A stretch of DNA of 64,000 nt from Lepidodermella squamata (GCA_047495785.1 JBLDXI010000024.1:62001-126000); one strand, 5' to 3'; positions 23,088 through 35,891 are shown, numbered from the stretch's first letter. Notes: generated from the letters alone by a model not told the origin. Numbers and translations: made by a program.

Positions 23088-26000
23088 ATGCTGGCGATGT
23101 CACCGACAACCGCCTGTCAAGTGGTCCTATTCGTGCTATTTCAGTTAACCTGGCTCTGCAGTGGATCTGCGCCTCAGGTCAAGCATCAACCTCAGAATCA
23201 AGGTCACGCCCGTTCCGGTTCATCGGTGACACGCCGCGTCTACTCCGGCTCAAATCAGGGCAGACAGTCGGATCAGGATTCAGATCAGGAATGGAGCGGT
23301 AGGCCTATTTTTTCACCTGCTCATCGCGACAATCAGCTGATGTCTTACAAAGCCCAATTACAAGCAATTAATGCAACTATGTGTAAGCAAGGAAATTTTA
23401 ATGTAAGAATAATTTGAAGTCCCAATTTCGTTTTATACTTAGACCAATGGGAAACAGTACTGCTGCAATATTTGTTCTCTGATAGCAATTACAACTGCGA
23501 AGCTCGTCCTGCTATTGTCCAAACAAGGCCAGTAAATGTCAGATTAGATATGGTTCTTCTGAAAATCAACGAATTGGTAAAATTTGCCAGCCTAGAAATT
23601 TCGAAGACTTATTTTATTTTGCTTTTTAGGTCGAGAAAGATCAAGAAATTATCGTATCCGGGTTTCTAAAAATTGTAAGTCTCTCAACCCATTTTGCTGT
23701 GGTTATTTCAAATTTCATTCAATAGAATTGGACTGACGATCGGTTGCAATGGAATAAGGATGATTTCGGTGGAATTGAGTGGATGGTGACACAAGCGGCT
23801 AACGTGTGGATACCCGACATAGGTATTTATTTCGCTTTGAAATCACTAATTTGATCTATCATCCGTTTTTTTTGCAGCTCTGATTAATAGGTAATTGTTC
23901 CGAGTCATCGAATTCCAATTAAACACATCAAACTTTAATATTACAGCAATGATGTTTACGCCGTGACGCGTGACAGCCGTTTTCCGGTTACAGTCACCAG
24001 TAACGGACAGGTGAAAAAATCTCCACCTTAATAGCTACCTCAAAAAATGTTTACATTATTCGGATTCAGGTGTTATTCGTTCCTGCTGGTAAAATTCATG
24101 CGCGATGCGAGCTAGACTTGAGGTTTTTCCCGTTCGATTGGCAGGTGAGATTCCAACCAGCTTCGCAGCCAAATTCATTAAAATGTTTTTTATTTACAGG
24201 CATGTTATTATAGGTAAATGGCAATTTTCAAAGAGTCAAGGCTCGAGTTACAAAAATATGGACTTCAAAAAAATGTTAAAAATTATCGGCTGGTTTGCCA
24301 CGAGCCGGAGCTCGAAATTGTTGTCGAAGATGAGTGCTGCTGTTGCACGGTTATTTTAAACTCCTTTTGCTGCTGCGCCGTACCTTCTGTACTGCTTTGA
24401 GGCATTGAAAACGCCGTCGTATGCTGCAATTGCGTCGGGGGCGGCGACGCAGCGTCGACAATCACCGACGGTATAACCGTGGCCGACCGGAGAAACTCGG
24501 CCGGTCCGTCGAGGTACCAATGATGCCCGGGCGGGCTTTGCAGCCAGTCGTCGCGTTTCAGCGGCGGCCTTGTTACAACACCCGTCGGCGAGACCAATTT
24601 TCGCATCGGGGGCAGCTCGATAGTTGGCGAAAATGTTGGCTGATAATTACCCGGCGGAGGGGGTGATTCATGACTCGGCGCCGTAGCGAACTTGGCCAGG
24701 CTGTACGCGATAGTTTTCGCGTGAGCCGGCGGGCCGCCGGGCGATAGGCCCAACCCGGCGGTACTAGCCCGGGATGTTGTTAACAACGCCGCGGCCAGGC
24801 TGCTGTTGTCGCTGGCAAGGCGCGTCGGCTCGCTGTAGTGCGCGCGAAGCTGTTGCGCTCGTTGATCACGCAGTCGCGCAACTTCCAACATTTTGCGAGT
24901 CGGCTTGATCGTCAACACGCCCTGGTCTTCACTTTTCACAATTTTCACCATAGAAATGCCACTCGGCTTGAGCATAGTCAGCGGGGTGTAGTTTTTCGAT
25001 TTATCAGTGCGTGGCGGCCGTAGCCATTGGTTCCATTCGTTGATAAATCTCGCAACGGCGTAGACTAGGATGAACACCAAAGTTGCGCTTATGATAAGAT
25101 GGTCGGTCCAGGCGACGGGCGGTAGGCCTACGTCATCGCCTGAAATTGACCAGACGATCCTGACAGCGTCATTCCCGCCGCCGATAAGCAGGTCGTTGCA
25201 GCGGCGTTGCGCCTTCTTGGAGCCAGTCGTCAAGCGCTGCTGGCGCTGCATTGCGTTGTTACGCTCGAGCAGTTCCGCGCACTCTTCTAAGCTCATAGTT
25301 GAGTTTTCGTGTTCGTTATCTTGTTGTTCGCTTGCCGATGTCGACCTAGGCTTGGGCGTAGGCGTTGTTGAGCCTAATGCCTTTCGACTGCTCGCTTTCC
25401 TAGGTTTTGCATTCTTGCCGCTTCGCGGTCGCGGCGTCGCGCGGCCTGCTGACATCTACCTACGTGATTGTGATGATGATTAACGTCATTATCGAAACAC
25501 GAATCCGCCCAAGTGCCGCTGCTGCTGCTGAGATTCCCTAATTGTATGCAGGCCTTTTTGCACGCGAATAATCACACGCCGTGTTTTTACTAGCGCATTA
25601 TTATATGGATTTGTTTCATCTATTAGCCGATTTGATCAATAATTCGGCATAAAAATAAGCCAGTGCGCGTTAGTATACAAACAAAAAAATTTGATGCGCC
25701 CTGTTTACCTGGCGACGATAAATTGACTCTCGAGCGTTCACATCATCGGAAACGGCTATCGATTATTTTAACAACATTAGAATGCACGCAATTATCAAAC
25801 GATTAGGCGTGAAATTCTAAATTAGCAGCCTATAAGCGATTAGTCCGAAACGTAAAAGATTGACAAAATCGAAAAAGGGGCCATGAACAAATGGGGAAAA
25901 TAACTCAAATTAGTGATCACTATCTTATTTTCTCTGTTGAGGTTCGAGAGTTGGGTCTACAGCGCTGAGTCTGTGACGATAAATGGCTACAATTTTACGA

Positions 26001-28332
26001 TTGACCCAAATCATTACGTTCAGGTTTGGCGTGAAATGGAAATGAAAAAATCGAGTAAAATTTGACTTAAATAGAACCATCAATGGGAAATTTTGGATTC
26101 ATTCGTGATATCAAAAGAGGTTACGGTGAGTTTCCAATAAAACAAGAAATATTCGAAATAATCCAATTATTATCTAGTACGAGAACTTCAATTTTTCGCG
26201 AGTCGACTTTTATCTATTACTGAGGCGAAAATCGCTGTTTTTTATTACGGTAAATTACAAGCTTTCCCTTGTGAGAAATGAAAAAATAATCTGACGAATT
26301 AACAGTATACAATATTTCCATGCCTTGCCTTGTCGACGTTGCAAATATTTTCGCACATGCTGCCTTTCACCGAGTCGGAACGCATCAACTTCGCGACTAC
26401 AACGCTCATAGCTTTCTCCGTCTTCCATGTCTCAATCGTCGAACAGATGCCTCAGTCCTCAGAATCTATTCCACTGCTAGCTATTTACGTCGATTCGCTG
26501 ATGATACTTATTGGTTTATCGCTTATCGAGTGCTTTGTGATGATGAACTGGTTGTCTAAAGTTGCCTACACTGTGCCATCACCGGTAAGATAAAATTCGA
26601 TATAATTCCGAATCTTCTATCGAAATTTCCTGAACAGATAATGTGGTTCTGGGTAGTGGAGAGATGGGGTGACTACATGTTACTTGGATCTGCCGGAACT
26701 TTATGGCGAAGAAACTACCTTAAAATCGTGAGTTTAATTTTACTAAATATCGATTGAGAAATTACGAAATCGTGTTGTAGTATGAGCGTGTTTCGGCTCG
26801 TCTCGAATTCGTGACAGAACAGCGTCGACTACGGCGGCTCATCCGTGACCTTCGAAAACGCGGCGACAGTGGCTCTGGCTTCGAACATTCACCAGCCGCT
26901 TTACAAGAGCACCTGGCCTTGAATCATAAACGCAGCCGGTTATCTAAGCGAGAACGCTCCATTTTGGACTTCATCGCCCGCCGTTGGGGCTATCCGGCTG
27001 ATTTTCTTGAGACAGGCAAAGTGCCCGAACCACCTCCAACCTCGCCAACTCGGCTTTTCAGCCCGGGTAACCGGAGTAATAGGAGGAGTAAATCGCCTAG
27101 CTCACCTGAACGGCCGCGTCTCGCCAATGCAGTCGATTCCAGTGGGCGGGGAAACTACTACCCACCTTCTCCTTTGGTAATGCATTCTTTCAATGAGCCA
27201 ATGTTGTCGCCGAAAACTACACGGCAGCCCAAAGCTAGCAATTCGACGTGTACATCAACAGATTTTACGACGGCGGCTGCTACCAATTCTCCGAGCGTTT
27301 TCTCGTCCGCAACCAGCGAGCGCGTTCACTACACCACAGTTCCCGAGGACCTGCAACAACTTTCTCAGTACGACAACGTCGATCTGTCGCGTCTTGACCC
27401 TCTGGTTGCACTCGACATCATGGCAAATAGACAGCCGCGCCTTGAGCCAGCGAAACCGCGGCAAAGTGTTTCGAGAATCGGCTCGGAAATGTGCTCGCCC
27501 ATGTCGCGGAAACCTGAGAGATCACCGAGTGACGGCAGTTCGGCAATTGCGGAGACGTGCTTGAACTCGCCTCGCTTCAACAGCCCTCGATTGCGGTCGG
27601 AGGCTCCGAACGACAAACGGCCGAAGAACCAAAAGCAACATCACCATCACCATCACCGCCATCACAAACACCGGAGTCAATCTAACGAGTCTCCGCCTCG
27701 CGTACTTGCGGTTGGCGAGGTTATAGAAGATTTAACATGCCAGAAATCGAGGAGGCGAGGGACATCGTGCGATAAGGTTCATAAACACTGCCTTGGCGAA
27801 ATGATGGTAGCGCTGGCGCAGATTGACGACCACATTCGCGACATTTCGTCCGCGCTAGTGTCGCACGAACTTAAAAGAGAATGCATCGGCATTTGGACAA
27901 CTTTCATCACCGTCGTTGACCGGGTGAGCATTCGAAATTTCCCTTTTATTTGTTCGAGTTAGCTTAAAATTTTATTCTTGAATCTTCTGAAATGTTACCT
28001 TGCCGAATTGGTAATCGATTTTGACCTGCGCCAGTCATTCAAAAATGCTGGAGTTGGAGGTGTGGGGATGACGTGATGTCCGGACTAAAAATCTTTGATC
28101 TATTAAATTTTAATGCTAATTTAGTCAGAAATTATTCAATCATTAAAATCACTCTTTTTTCCAGATTATGTCTACGCTGTTATTACTGCTGTGCATCATG
28201 ATGCCTACGTATTTGTAAGCGTTGAGAATTTCCCAAGTTAAATTTTGGTATTAACATTGATATCATTCTAGATTTTTGTTATTTCCGCGTCCTCTCGACA
28301 TCAGCCATTTGAAAGCCGAACAACAGCAATAG
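23088..28332 (+). CDS. Cys-loop ligand-gated ion channel subunit (paralog C); about 16 exons including 13-nt (23878-23890) and 14-nt (24200-24213) microexons and a 1728-nt intron (24214-25941)
   Basis: Signal peptide; WIPDI|ALIN|S; CELDLRFFPFDWQ|ACYY|RFESWVY; M2 ERINFATTTLIAFSVFHVSIVEQMP; M3 PLLAIYVDSLM; KRECIGIWTTFITVVDR; TAG 28330-28332. Confidence 0.92.
24283..25455 (-). CDS. Uncharacterised single-pass membrane protein (390 aa) nested antisense in an intron of paralog C
   Basis: Uninterrupted GC-rich 1173-nt ORF inside the 24214-25941 intron. One hydrophobic helix (LIISATLVFILVYAVARF), two Cys and an NST sequon before it, Ser/Pro-rich tail. AATAAA on the - strand at 24189-24194. Confidence 0.72.
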   Translation of the reverse strand: MSAGRATPRPRSGKNAKPRKASSRKALGSTTPTPKPRSTSASEQQDNEHENSTMSLEECAELLERNNAMQRQQRLTTGSKKAQRRCNDLLIGGGNDAVRIVWSISGDDVGLPPVAWTDHLIISATLVFILVYAVARFINEWNQWLRPPRTDKSKNYTPLTMLKPSGISMVKIVKSEDQGVLTIKPTRKMLEVARLRDQRAQQLRAHYSEPTRLASDNSSLAAALLTTSRASTAGLGLSPGGPPAHAKTIAYSLAKFATAPSHESPPPPGNYQPTFSPTIELPPMRKLVSPTGVVTRPPLKRDDWLQSPPGHHWYLDGPAEFLRSATVIPSVIVDAASPPPTQLQHTTAFSMPQSSTEGTAQQQKEFKITVQQQHSSSTTISSSGSWQTSR

Positions 28333-30229
28333 CTGTGATGATTCTTTCGCTTCGTTGCTGCTGCGTCGACGGCTGATAAATCCTAGCCTCGAGGCCTACC
28401 GATTCGCGACTGCTTCGTGACAAATTACGCTCGATTCGCAGCCGAGTTACGCCGCTGGGAAGAACGATACAACATACTATCTCTTATTTTCATGGCTATA
28501 TTTGATTGAATCGCACACATGTGTCGATCAGGTGGGCAGCGCACGCCGCAGATAGTGAGCGAGAAAAAAGAAAGAAAAATGTATCATCACTACAACATAG
28601 ACCGATTTAGCGTCGGGCTGAACGATCGCAAAATGATAATAAAACAACAGCCTAAATGACTGATCAACACGTCTTTTTTGTATTACTATTTTGCTTCGTT
28701 GCCGTTAATATAATAATACAATTATTATGTTAATAATTATATTTTTATTGCACGTGTGTGTAGCACATCCGACTCGCGTCGATAGCGCCGTTTGACTCGC
28801 TTGCATCTTTCGCGCGTCGAATAGCAGCAAATTTCCAAGTTCGCTTTTTGGCAGTCTTTATGCGCCTTTGTTGCTATTTTTCTATATTCACACTTGACTG
28901 CTGGCGGGTGATTCGATTGGGGGCGCATCGGGGCGCGAAATCGGCGGGAAGCGGGTGCGACAAACGTAGTAGCATAGTGCGATGCATTTATAGCGAGTGC
29001 GGCTGGCAAATGGGAGCGCGAGCCCGTTATCGCGCGAAAAACAGGGCAGATCGAGCTTCCGCAGTGAACGGCCACTTAGCACAGCAGATAAACCGAGCGC
29101 TTCGAAAGTAAGTCGGCCCGCGGCGGAAGTGTGGACGGCGCCACACGATGTTATCGTTTTATTACGCTCGTCGATTTGCGCCAAGGGTGATAAAGCTCGC
29201 ATTTTAATATCTATCGCTCGTAATTTTCAACTACTACAACAGCAGCTGTAGTGAGCGAGGAGCCGATCGGCAGCCGCAGCAGCAGCATCATTATCTAGCG
29301 ACGATAATGCACGCGCCAGCTATTTTTTTCTGTTTTGTTTCGCTCACTTCTCCACCTACAAACAACAATAAGCGATTTGTTTCGGCGCCGGTCACGGGCT
29401 ACTTCATCGAACGCCGCTAAATACGACTAATAAGCGACGGGCGTGACTGGCCGAGTGGCGCCTCGCGATATCGGTTTAAATTCGGCTGAGGAAAGTGCGA
29501 ACACTATAGTCGATATCAATCGGCGATCGCACACAAGGCGACGTATAGCGGTGATTTCTATATCATCATCTATAGCTATCAATCATTGCTCTTGTTTGAT
29601 GCATACTGTTCGCTCCAATTTTATTATCGCCTATAAAAAAAAATAATAATAATAATCGCAGTGAATACGCATAAATATTTATGACGCCGAGCGTCTTCGC
29701 GGTATAGGCTGGCGCCATTAGACACGCTGGGCGCACCTCGGCCGGATCGAAGGCACCCACACACCCGCAGTCCATGCATGGGTCGATGGCACAGATTAAC
29801 ATACTCCGGCGGCACAAGTCGCCTTATTATTGCTTCTTCACGCCTATCTTCTCGTGCGGCGATACTATTTACCACTCATCGATCGCTGCCCATTGTTGTA
29901 GCCGAGACCACAATCACTTCACATTGCTAGCAAGAACGGACTTTTAATAACTTTTTGTACCTAAATACCGAAGAAATTGATTCGGTAAAAGTATACAGCT
30001 ATAATTTTACCTGACTTCGTCACATCCGCTTAAATCGTTTGTCGATTTTCTAGATCCTTATGCTATTCCTTAGAAATTTATTACTCTTGGCATAGAGTTG
30101 TTAAGAATTCCTACTCCCGCTGCTGATAGTCAGTTCCCATGAGTATTTAGGCCGAGTAGCAGCGACTCCGGCTGCTGGTCGGAATGAATCTCGGCAATGA
30201 CCTGTAGGTGAGTCTTAGGCGCAGTCCTA

Positions 30230-33200
30230 ATGTCGCGCGGCGCCAACATTTTCATCGTCATCGCGGCGCTGTTCGCTGTCGCCTCGCCGCGTGAGGGCGG
30301 TCGCGGCTTCGGCCAGCGCACGACGATAGCGCCAAAGTCGACGCAGGCCGACAGCCCGACCACTTTACTGGCGCTGCTCCTGAGAACCGCCAACACCTCA
30401 GTGCCTCTAGTGCCTGGAAAAGCCGTGACCGCGAATCCGATAGGCCGCGGCTTAACCGTTGCAACAACACCAGTAACAGCACCCGCCGTAGAATCCGAAG
30501 ACAGATATTTATGTAAGTGTGCCGCCTTAAGAATGAAGTGGTCCCAATTCTCTTTTTTTCAGATGATTGGGAGGCAATGTTGCTCAAAAAGCTATTTTCG
30601 AAACAAGCTTATAACAATGACGTGAGGCCGGCGAAAAGTAACACTGAACCTGTTCACGTGACTCTGGAGTTGGTATTGCTACAGATTAACGACTTGGTTG
30701 GTTGTTTTGACCTGATTAAAATTATGGCCTTAATTTTTAATTTTTTTCATAGATCGATAAGGAGCAGCAAATAGTCATATCGGGCTTTCTTAAAATTGTT
30801 CGTTGATGTGCTTATATCACTTTCATTGATATTACATGCATTTTTTAGAATTGGGACGATGAAAGGTTGACATGGAACCCGGACAATTACGGCGACATCG
30901 AGTGGATCGTTACTTCTGCTCGCAATGTGTGGCTGCCCGATATAGCTCTAATAAACAGGTCCCGGATGTTTATTTTCTACGGCGGCTGGTTATTAATATC
31001 ATTTAAAACATTTTATTAGCGATGATGTATACGCTGTGACGCGCGACGGCCGATTTCCCGTCACCATCACTGCGAATGGCCAAATATTGTACGTTCCGGC
31101 CGGAAAGATTCACGCCCGTTGCGAACTCGATCTTCGCTTCTTCCCGTTTGATGACCAGGTGACTTTATATTTTAATTTTGGGACATTACTTATTTAAGGC
31201 CGATTTTATCTAAAGCTATGCACGTACCGCTTCGAATCTTGGGTGTACGCTGCTGAGCTGGTTCAAATAAACGGAATCAACTTTACAATTGATCGAAACC
31301 ACTACGTCGACAATCATCAATGGGAAATACGGGATTCATTTGTTCACACGCGCATTGTCAATGTAACTTGAAAATAGTTTTTTTTTTCAAAAAAGTTTAC
31401 TCGATTTTTCAGTACGAAATGTACAACTTCTCGCGAGTCGAGTTCTTCATGCTGCTGAGGCGGAAATCGCTATTTTTCATCACGTGAGACTTGATATATA
31501 AATTGTCAGTGGAAAACTTAAATTTTCGAATATGCTTCAGCTATACAATTTTTCCCTGTTTGGCGCTATCTACCCTTCAAATTTTTTCGCATATGCTGCC
31601 TTTCACCGAATCTGAGCGAATTAACTTTGCAACGACCACTCTGGTATGATTGCGATAATAAAATCGTCGGGCGTGATCTTAATTAGCAATTATTTGTTTA
31701 CTATTAGATCGCCTTCTCTGTGTTTCATGTGTCAATAGTCGAGCAAATGCCGCAGTCTTCGCATGCCATTCCACTGCTCGCCATCTATATCGACGCTCTC
31801 ATGTGCCTGATAGGCCTGTCGCTGCTAGAGTGCTTCCTGATGATGAACTGGCTTTCGAAGGTCGGCTGCAGCGTGCCCTCGCCACGCATGTGGTACTACG
31901 TCGTCGACCGATGGGGTGATTACATGCTACTTGGCTCAAACGGGACCTACTGGCGGCGGAATTATCTTCGCATTTTAGGTTTGTATCTTATATACCTTTG
32001 ATTTTAGTTCAAAAACTCACGTCTGATTTCACAGAGGAAGTCAATGCGAAAGAGGCAGCGGATGCCAGACGTAAAGCGTACGAGCGAAAGAAGTGGGCGT
32101 CGACGAGCCGCAAGCACCAGGAGAACTATATTCGGAAATGGAGCAACTACGGTGCTCAAACGCGGAATAAGAGCGAAATTGATGCGCTAATTCGGCTGAT
32201 GAACCGCTGGGGCTACTCGTTCGGCAATTTGAACCACATGAGGCGACGTGCTGCGGCGCCGGTTCCGGCTCCGGACGAAACCCCGGATGTTGTTGGCACG
32301 TCGAAACGCCAACGCTCTAAACAAAGCTTTCGACACGCCGATGAATCGCCGGCTAACATCCGGCTAGGTAACATTCACGCAACAGCCTTTGCCGGTGACC
32401 AGCCTTCAAGCAGTGCGAACCGCTCGCCGCCCGGTGCTGAAAAGGCGGAGCTGCATAGGCTGGCGTCGGGCCTTTCGACCGCCAGTCTGAGCCGCCACGC
32501 GTCGCGGCGTAATCGCGGATCGGCTGCCAGTGTGGCTGTTGATGGCGCCGACGATCAGATGATTCATTCCCGGCTTTGCGCCACGACCAGTCGATCGCCT
32601 AATATACCGACTCGGAAAACTGTCCACACAATGCCGCAGGGTAATAATAGGCATGAAGCAAGCAGTGACGAGCAGGACTATACGACAGCATCCGGCACAG
32701 TGAAAGCAACGCCGGTGGTGTCGCCGAAAGGACGCCATCCGAAGCTGGCTTTCAGCGCGACTGCGGCCGGTTCAATTGTAAATTACGACCTCGAAACGAA
32801 TCAGCACGAGACTCGGCTATCAGCAATGGTCGCCGAGCGGCGGCGCGAACGTGCTGGCGGCCGTTCCGAGTCTGTTCGGTCCACTACGGCGGCTGCACCT
32901 GCGCCTAATATCAGTGAAGCTCACTACGGTCAACAGTCTGAGCGGCAGATGCAGTTGTCAGCCCTTGATGACATTCGTCAGTTGATCTGCGACGTGAATT
33001 CAAGCCTTTCCTCTCACACCCTAAGGCGCGAGTGCATCGGCGTCTGGACCACTTTCATCACTGTTATCGATAGGGTATGTATTTGACGAATAAATTTATC
33101 AGCGGAATGTAAATTTTTTATTTAACAGATCATGTCTCTAATTCTAATGCTGCTATGCATCCTAATGCCAACTTATCTGTAAGTTTTTTTTAAATACTGT

Positions 33201-33308
33201 TGAATCTGATAAATGAATTTTGATGACTTCAGGTTTGTAATATTTCCGAAACCAATGGACCTGACGAATTTGAAGAGCAGCCAAACAGGGCCACATGGCG
33301 GAGTATAG
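30230..33308 (+). CDS. Cys-loop ligand-gated ion channel subunit (paralog D); about 12 exons
   Basis: Signal peptide; YNNDVRP; WLPDIALINS; CELDLRFFPFDDQ|LC; RFESWVY; M2 ERINFATTTL|IAFSVFHVSIVEQMP; M3 PLLAIYIDALM; RRECIGVWTTFITVIDR; TAG 33306-33308. Confidence 0.93.
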
Positions 33309-34268
33309 TTTTTCCTCTTTCTGATTGTATCCTGCTCTATTAGCTGCTACTGCCATTTCAAAACTGATTATAATATCCACCTCAATCGCATCTGAGCCTC
33401 GAAATTGAATCAAATAGATACTAATCCTTCAATTATTTATTAATTTTATTGGCATCGTGGTCAAGCTGGTAGCCACGTTTTTCAACCATTTTTCAACTGG
33501 CTTATAGACATTTATGCCGGTGCGATTATCGCTATAATAACAAGTTTGTCATTATAAAGTTGCATCTAGCTATGCTTCTCAACAACGCTAGTTTTTTAAT
33601 CCAATTTTTTTTAACTAAGAATTTTCAGTCACTTTGACCAGCATATATAATTATGAAACGGTATTTTTTTCATTTTTTGAATACTGACATTTCGCTTTAT
33701 ACTGTGTATGATTTGTAAATAACGCTGAAATCGTGGGATGTTATTTTTGTAATCATTTCCTTAAATTTCTGTACGCTGTTCTTCTAATGACCTCTGAATA
33801 AAATGACTTGAAGATACCGCTTCTTTTATATACAAAAGTTTCAATCGGTACGCGGCGATTTTCGGGCAGTTAAGAAATCGGCCAGATTTTCTGAGGTCTC
33901 GGGCTTGTTCACTAATCTCACATTAGGAATCATCGAAATGTGAAATTTGTGCATAAAAATTAAAGTTACGATCATGCATTCAGAGGTAGAAAAGCTTCGT
34001 CCTAATTTTTGCTACGCAACGCATCGCACTGAGGTGTGCAATATAATGCGCGCAGTATACAAGTATTGGGAAATTGCCGCGTATGATTCAGCACTTTAAT
34101 AATAGTAGTACTATGCAAGGTATAGTATATATATAATCACATGCTGGAAATCGCAGAGTAGATTTTTGCTACATTAATTCAAACGGATCGCAATCGCACC
34201 TTTATTTAATATTGCGACTCAAACAACATGAGCTGCATTTATTTTCCACGGAACTCGGACATTATTTA

Positions 34269-35891
34269 ATGGCAAAAGACAATGACGATAACTTGGATGG
34301 GTCCAACAAGCTCGAAGTCGAGCCAATCAAGCGAGGATATTGGTATGGTTTGACGAATAAAGAATGGATTTCGTTGAAAATGCTATACGTATCGAAGAAT
34401 GGAGGTAGAATTCAGTATGTCATCAACCGAATTTGCAATTAATCGAATAATTTTTCAGCTATGGGCTCTCTTGTGCCATTTGTGGTTGCTTATTACAAAT
34501 CCAGAGGTCTAACCTCGTCTCAAATCGGCATAATCGAATGCTTCGTGCCTCTTGTTAATGGTATTGCTCGACCTCTTGCGGGAGCCTTGTCGGACAAAAC
34601 TGGCCACCATCGAATCATTCTCTGTCTTTCCTTCCTTTCTTTGGCTGCCTTATACGGTCCTTTGGTTTTCATCCCCGAGCAATTTGATGCCAGAAACAGC
34701 TCAGCATCTGTTAATAATACTAACTACTCAGTTAGCTTGTCGATCGCTGACTTGAATGACTCGTCAACACTAGCAAACGAAACATCAAGTCCAGGCGCAC
34801 TTGCCAGCGTTTTTGCTCCGATTTTCGTCCTGCGCGTGTTAGGCGCGATCCCATTTGCCCCAACTTTCAGCTTGACAGATTCCATAGCTCACAGTGCACT
34901 GGGTGATAAATCGAACCACAAATATTGGGGTCAGCAACGCATGTTTGGAACAATCGCCAGCTCGATTGTAGGCGGAATTCAAGGCATTGCCGTCGACATT
35001 GCTGGCAACTTCCTTCCAGTATTCATCGTTTTTACTGTGCTCAACATAGCCGCTGCTGGTATCAGCATGTTTTGGATACCGAGTGCGGAAACGATAAAGA
35101 AATCTATCAGCAAACCAATGCTTGGAGACGAATTGGGGCTATGTGATAGCTTGGCAAAAATTACCAAGAGTCCTTTGTTTATTGTCGCGTGTTCCGTTTC
35201 GGTGCTTTCCGGATTCTTAGCCGCAGTTGTTTTCATTGTCTCGCCGCAATGGGTGCTGCACCTGGGTGGCACTAAACGTGTACTCGGTGTTACAGCACTC
35301 GTAGGACGCGGAGTAGAAATTCCTGGTTTCATGTTTTCGGGTAGCATCGTTGCGAAAATCGGCGATGCGGCATGTTTCCTAGTCATGTTCGCTGGCTATT
35401 CAATACGATTTTTCGCGGCTGCATTTCTCACTCCTGAGCTGGTTTGGCTCTCAATTCCGTTGGAAATTTTCAACATTGTAACGTTTGTGACATTCATTGC
35501 TTCACTGATGCATTATGGTGCATCAATTTCAAACTCAAAATCGCTAGCTACAATACATTCAATTCTCCATACGTGTTTCTTCAGCATCGGAATCGGATTC
35601 GGCCACCTGTGCGCTGCCGAAGTTTACCAATACTTGGGTGGCAAATATACCCTACTGATATACTCAGCTGTCTCGGCGGCCTTTGCCATGATCTTTGGTA
35701 TTATTTACGTATTTTGGTTGAGAAAAATACTCCTACCGAAGGAAACAACAACACGGGAACAAGAAGTGGTACAGCAAGGAGATGATCCTTCTAAAGCCCC
35801 GTTGGTATTAGCAGCAGGTGTTCCAACAATAGCCACCACATCAGAATTGGTGGAATCTAATGAAATTTTGGAAGAAGATTCTGAGTTTTAG
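34269..35891 (+). CDS. MFS transporter, MFSD6-like (copy 1); 2 exons
   Basis: About 12 hydrophobic segments; motif A-like GALSDKTG; WGQQRMFG; EIPGFMFSG. Confidence 0.85.

Noticed and set aside
24283-25455. RIC-3 or TMIE ortholog, or a transposon ORF
   Set aside because: No recognisable RIC-3/TMIE motif, transposase or RT motif, or terminal repeats seen.
30133-30146. RFX X-box-like GTTCCCATGAGTAT upstream of paralog D
   Set aside because: The second half-site is imperfect and no matching element was found upstream of the other paralogs.
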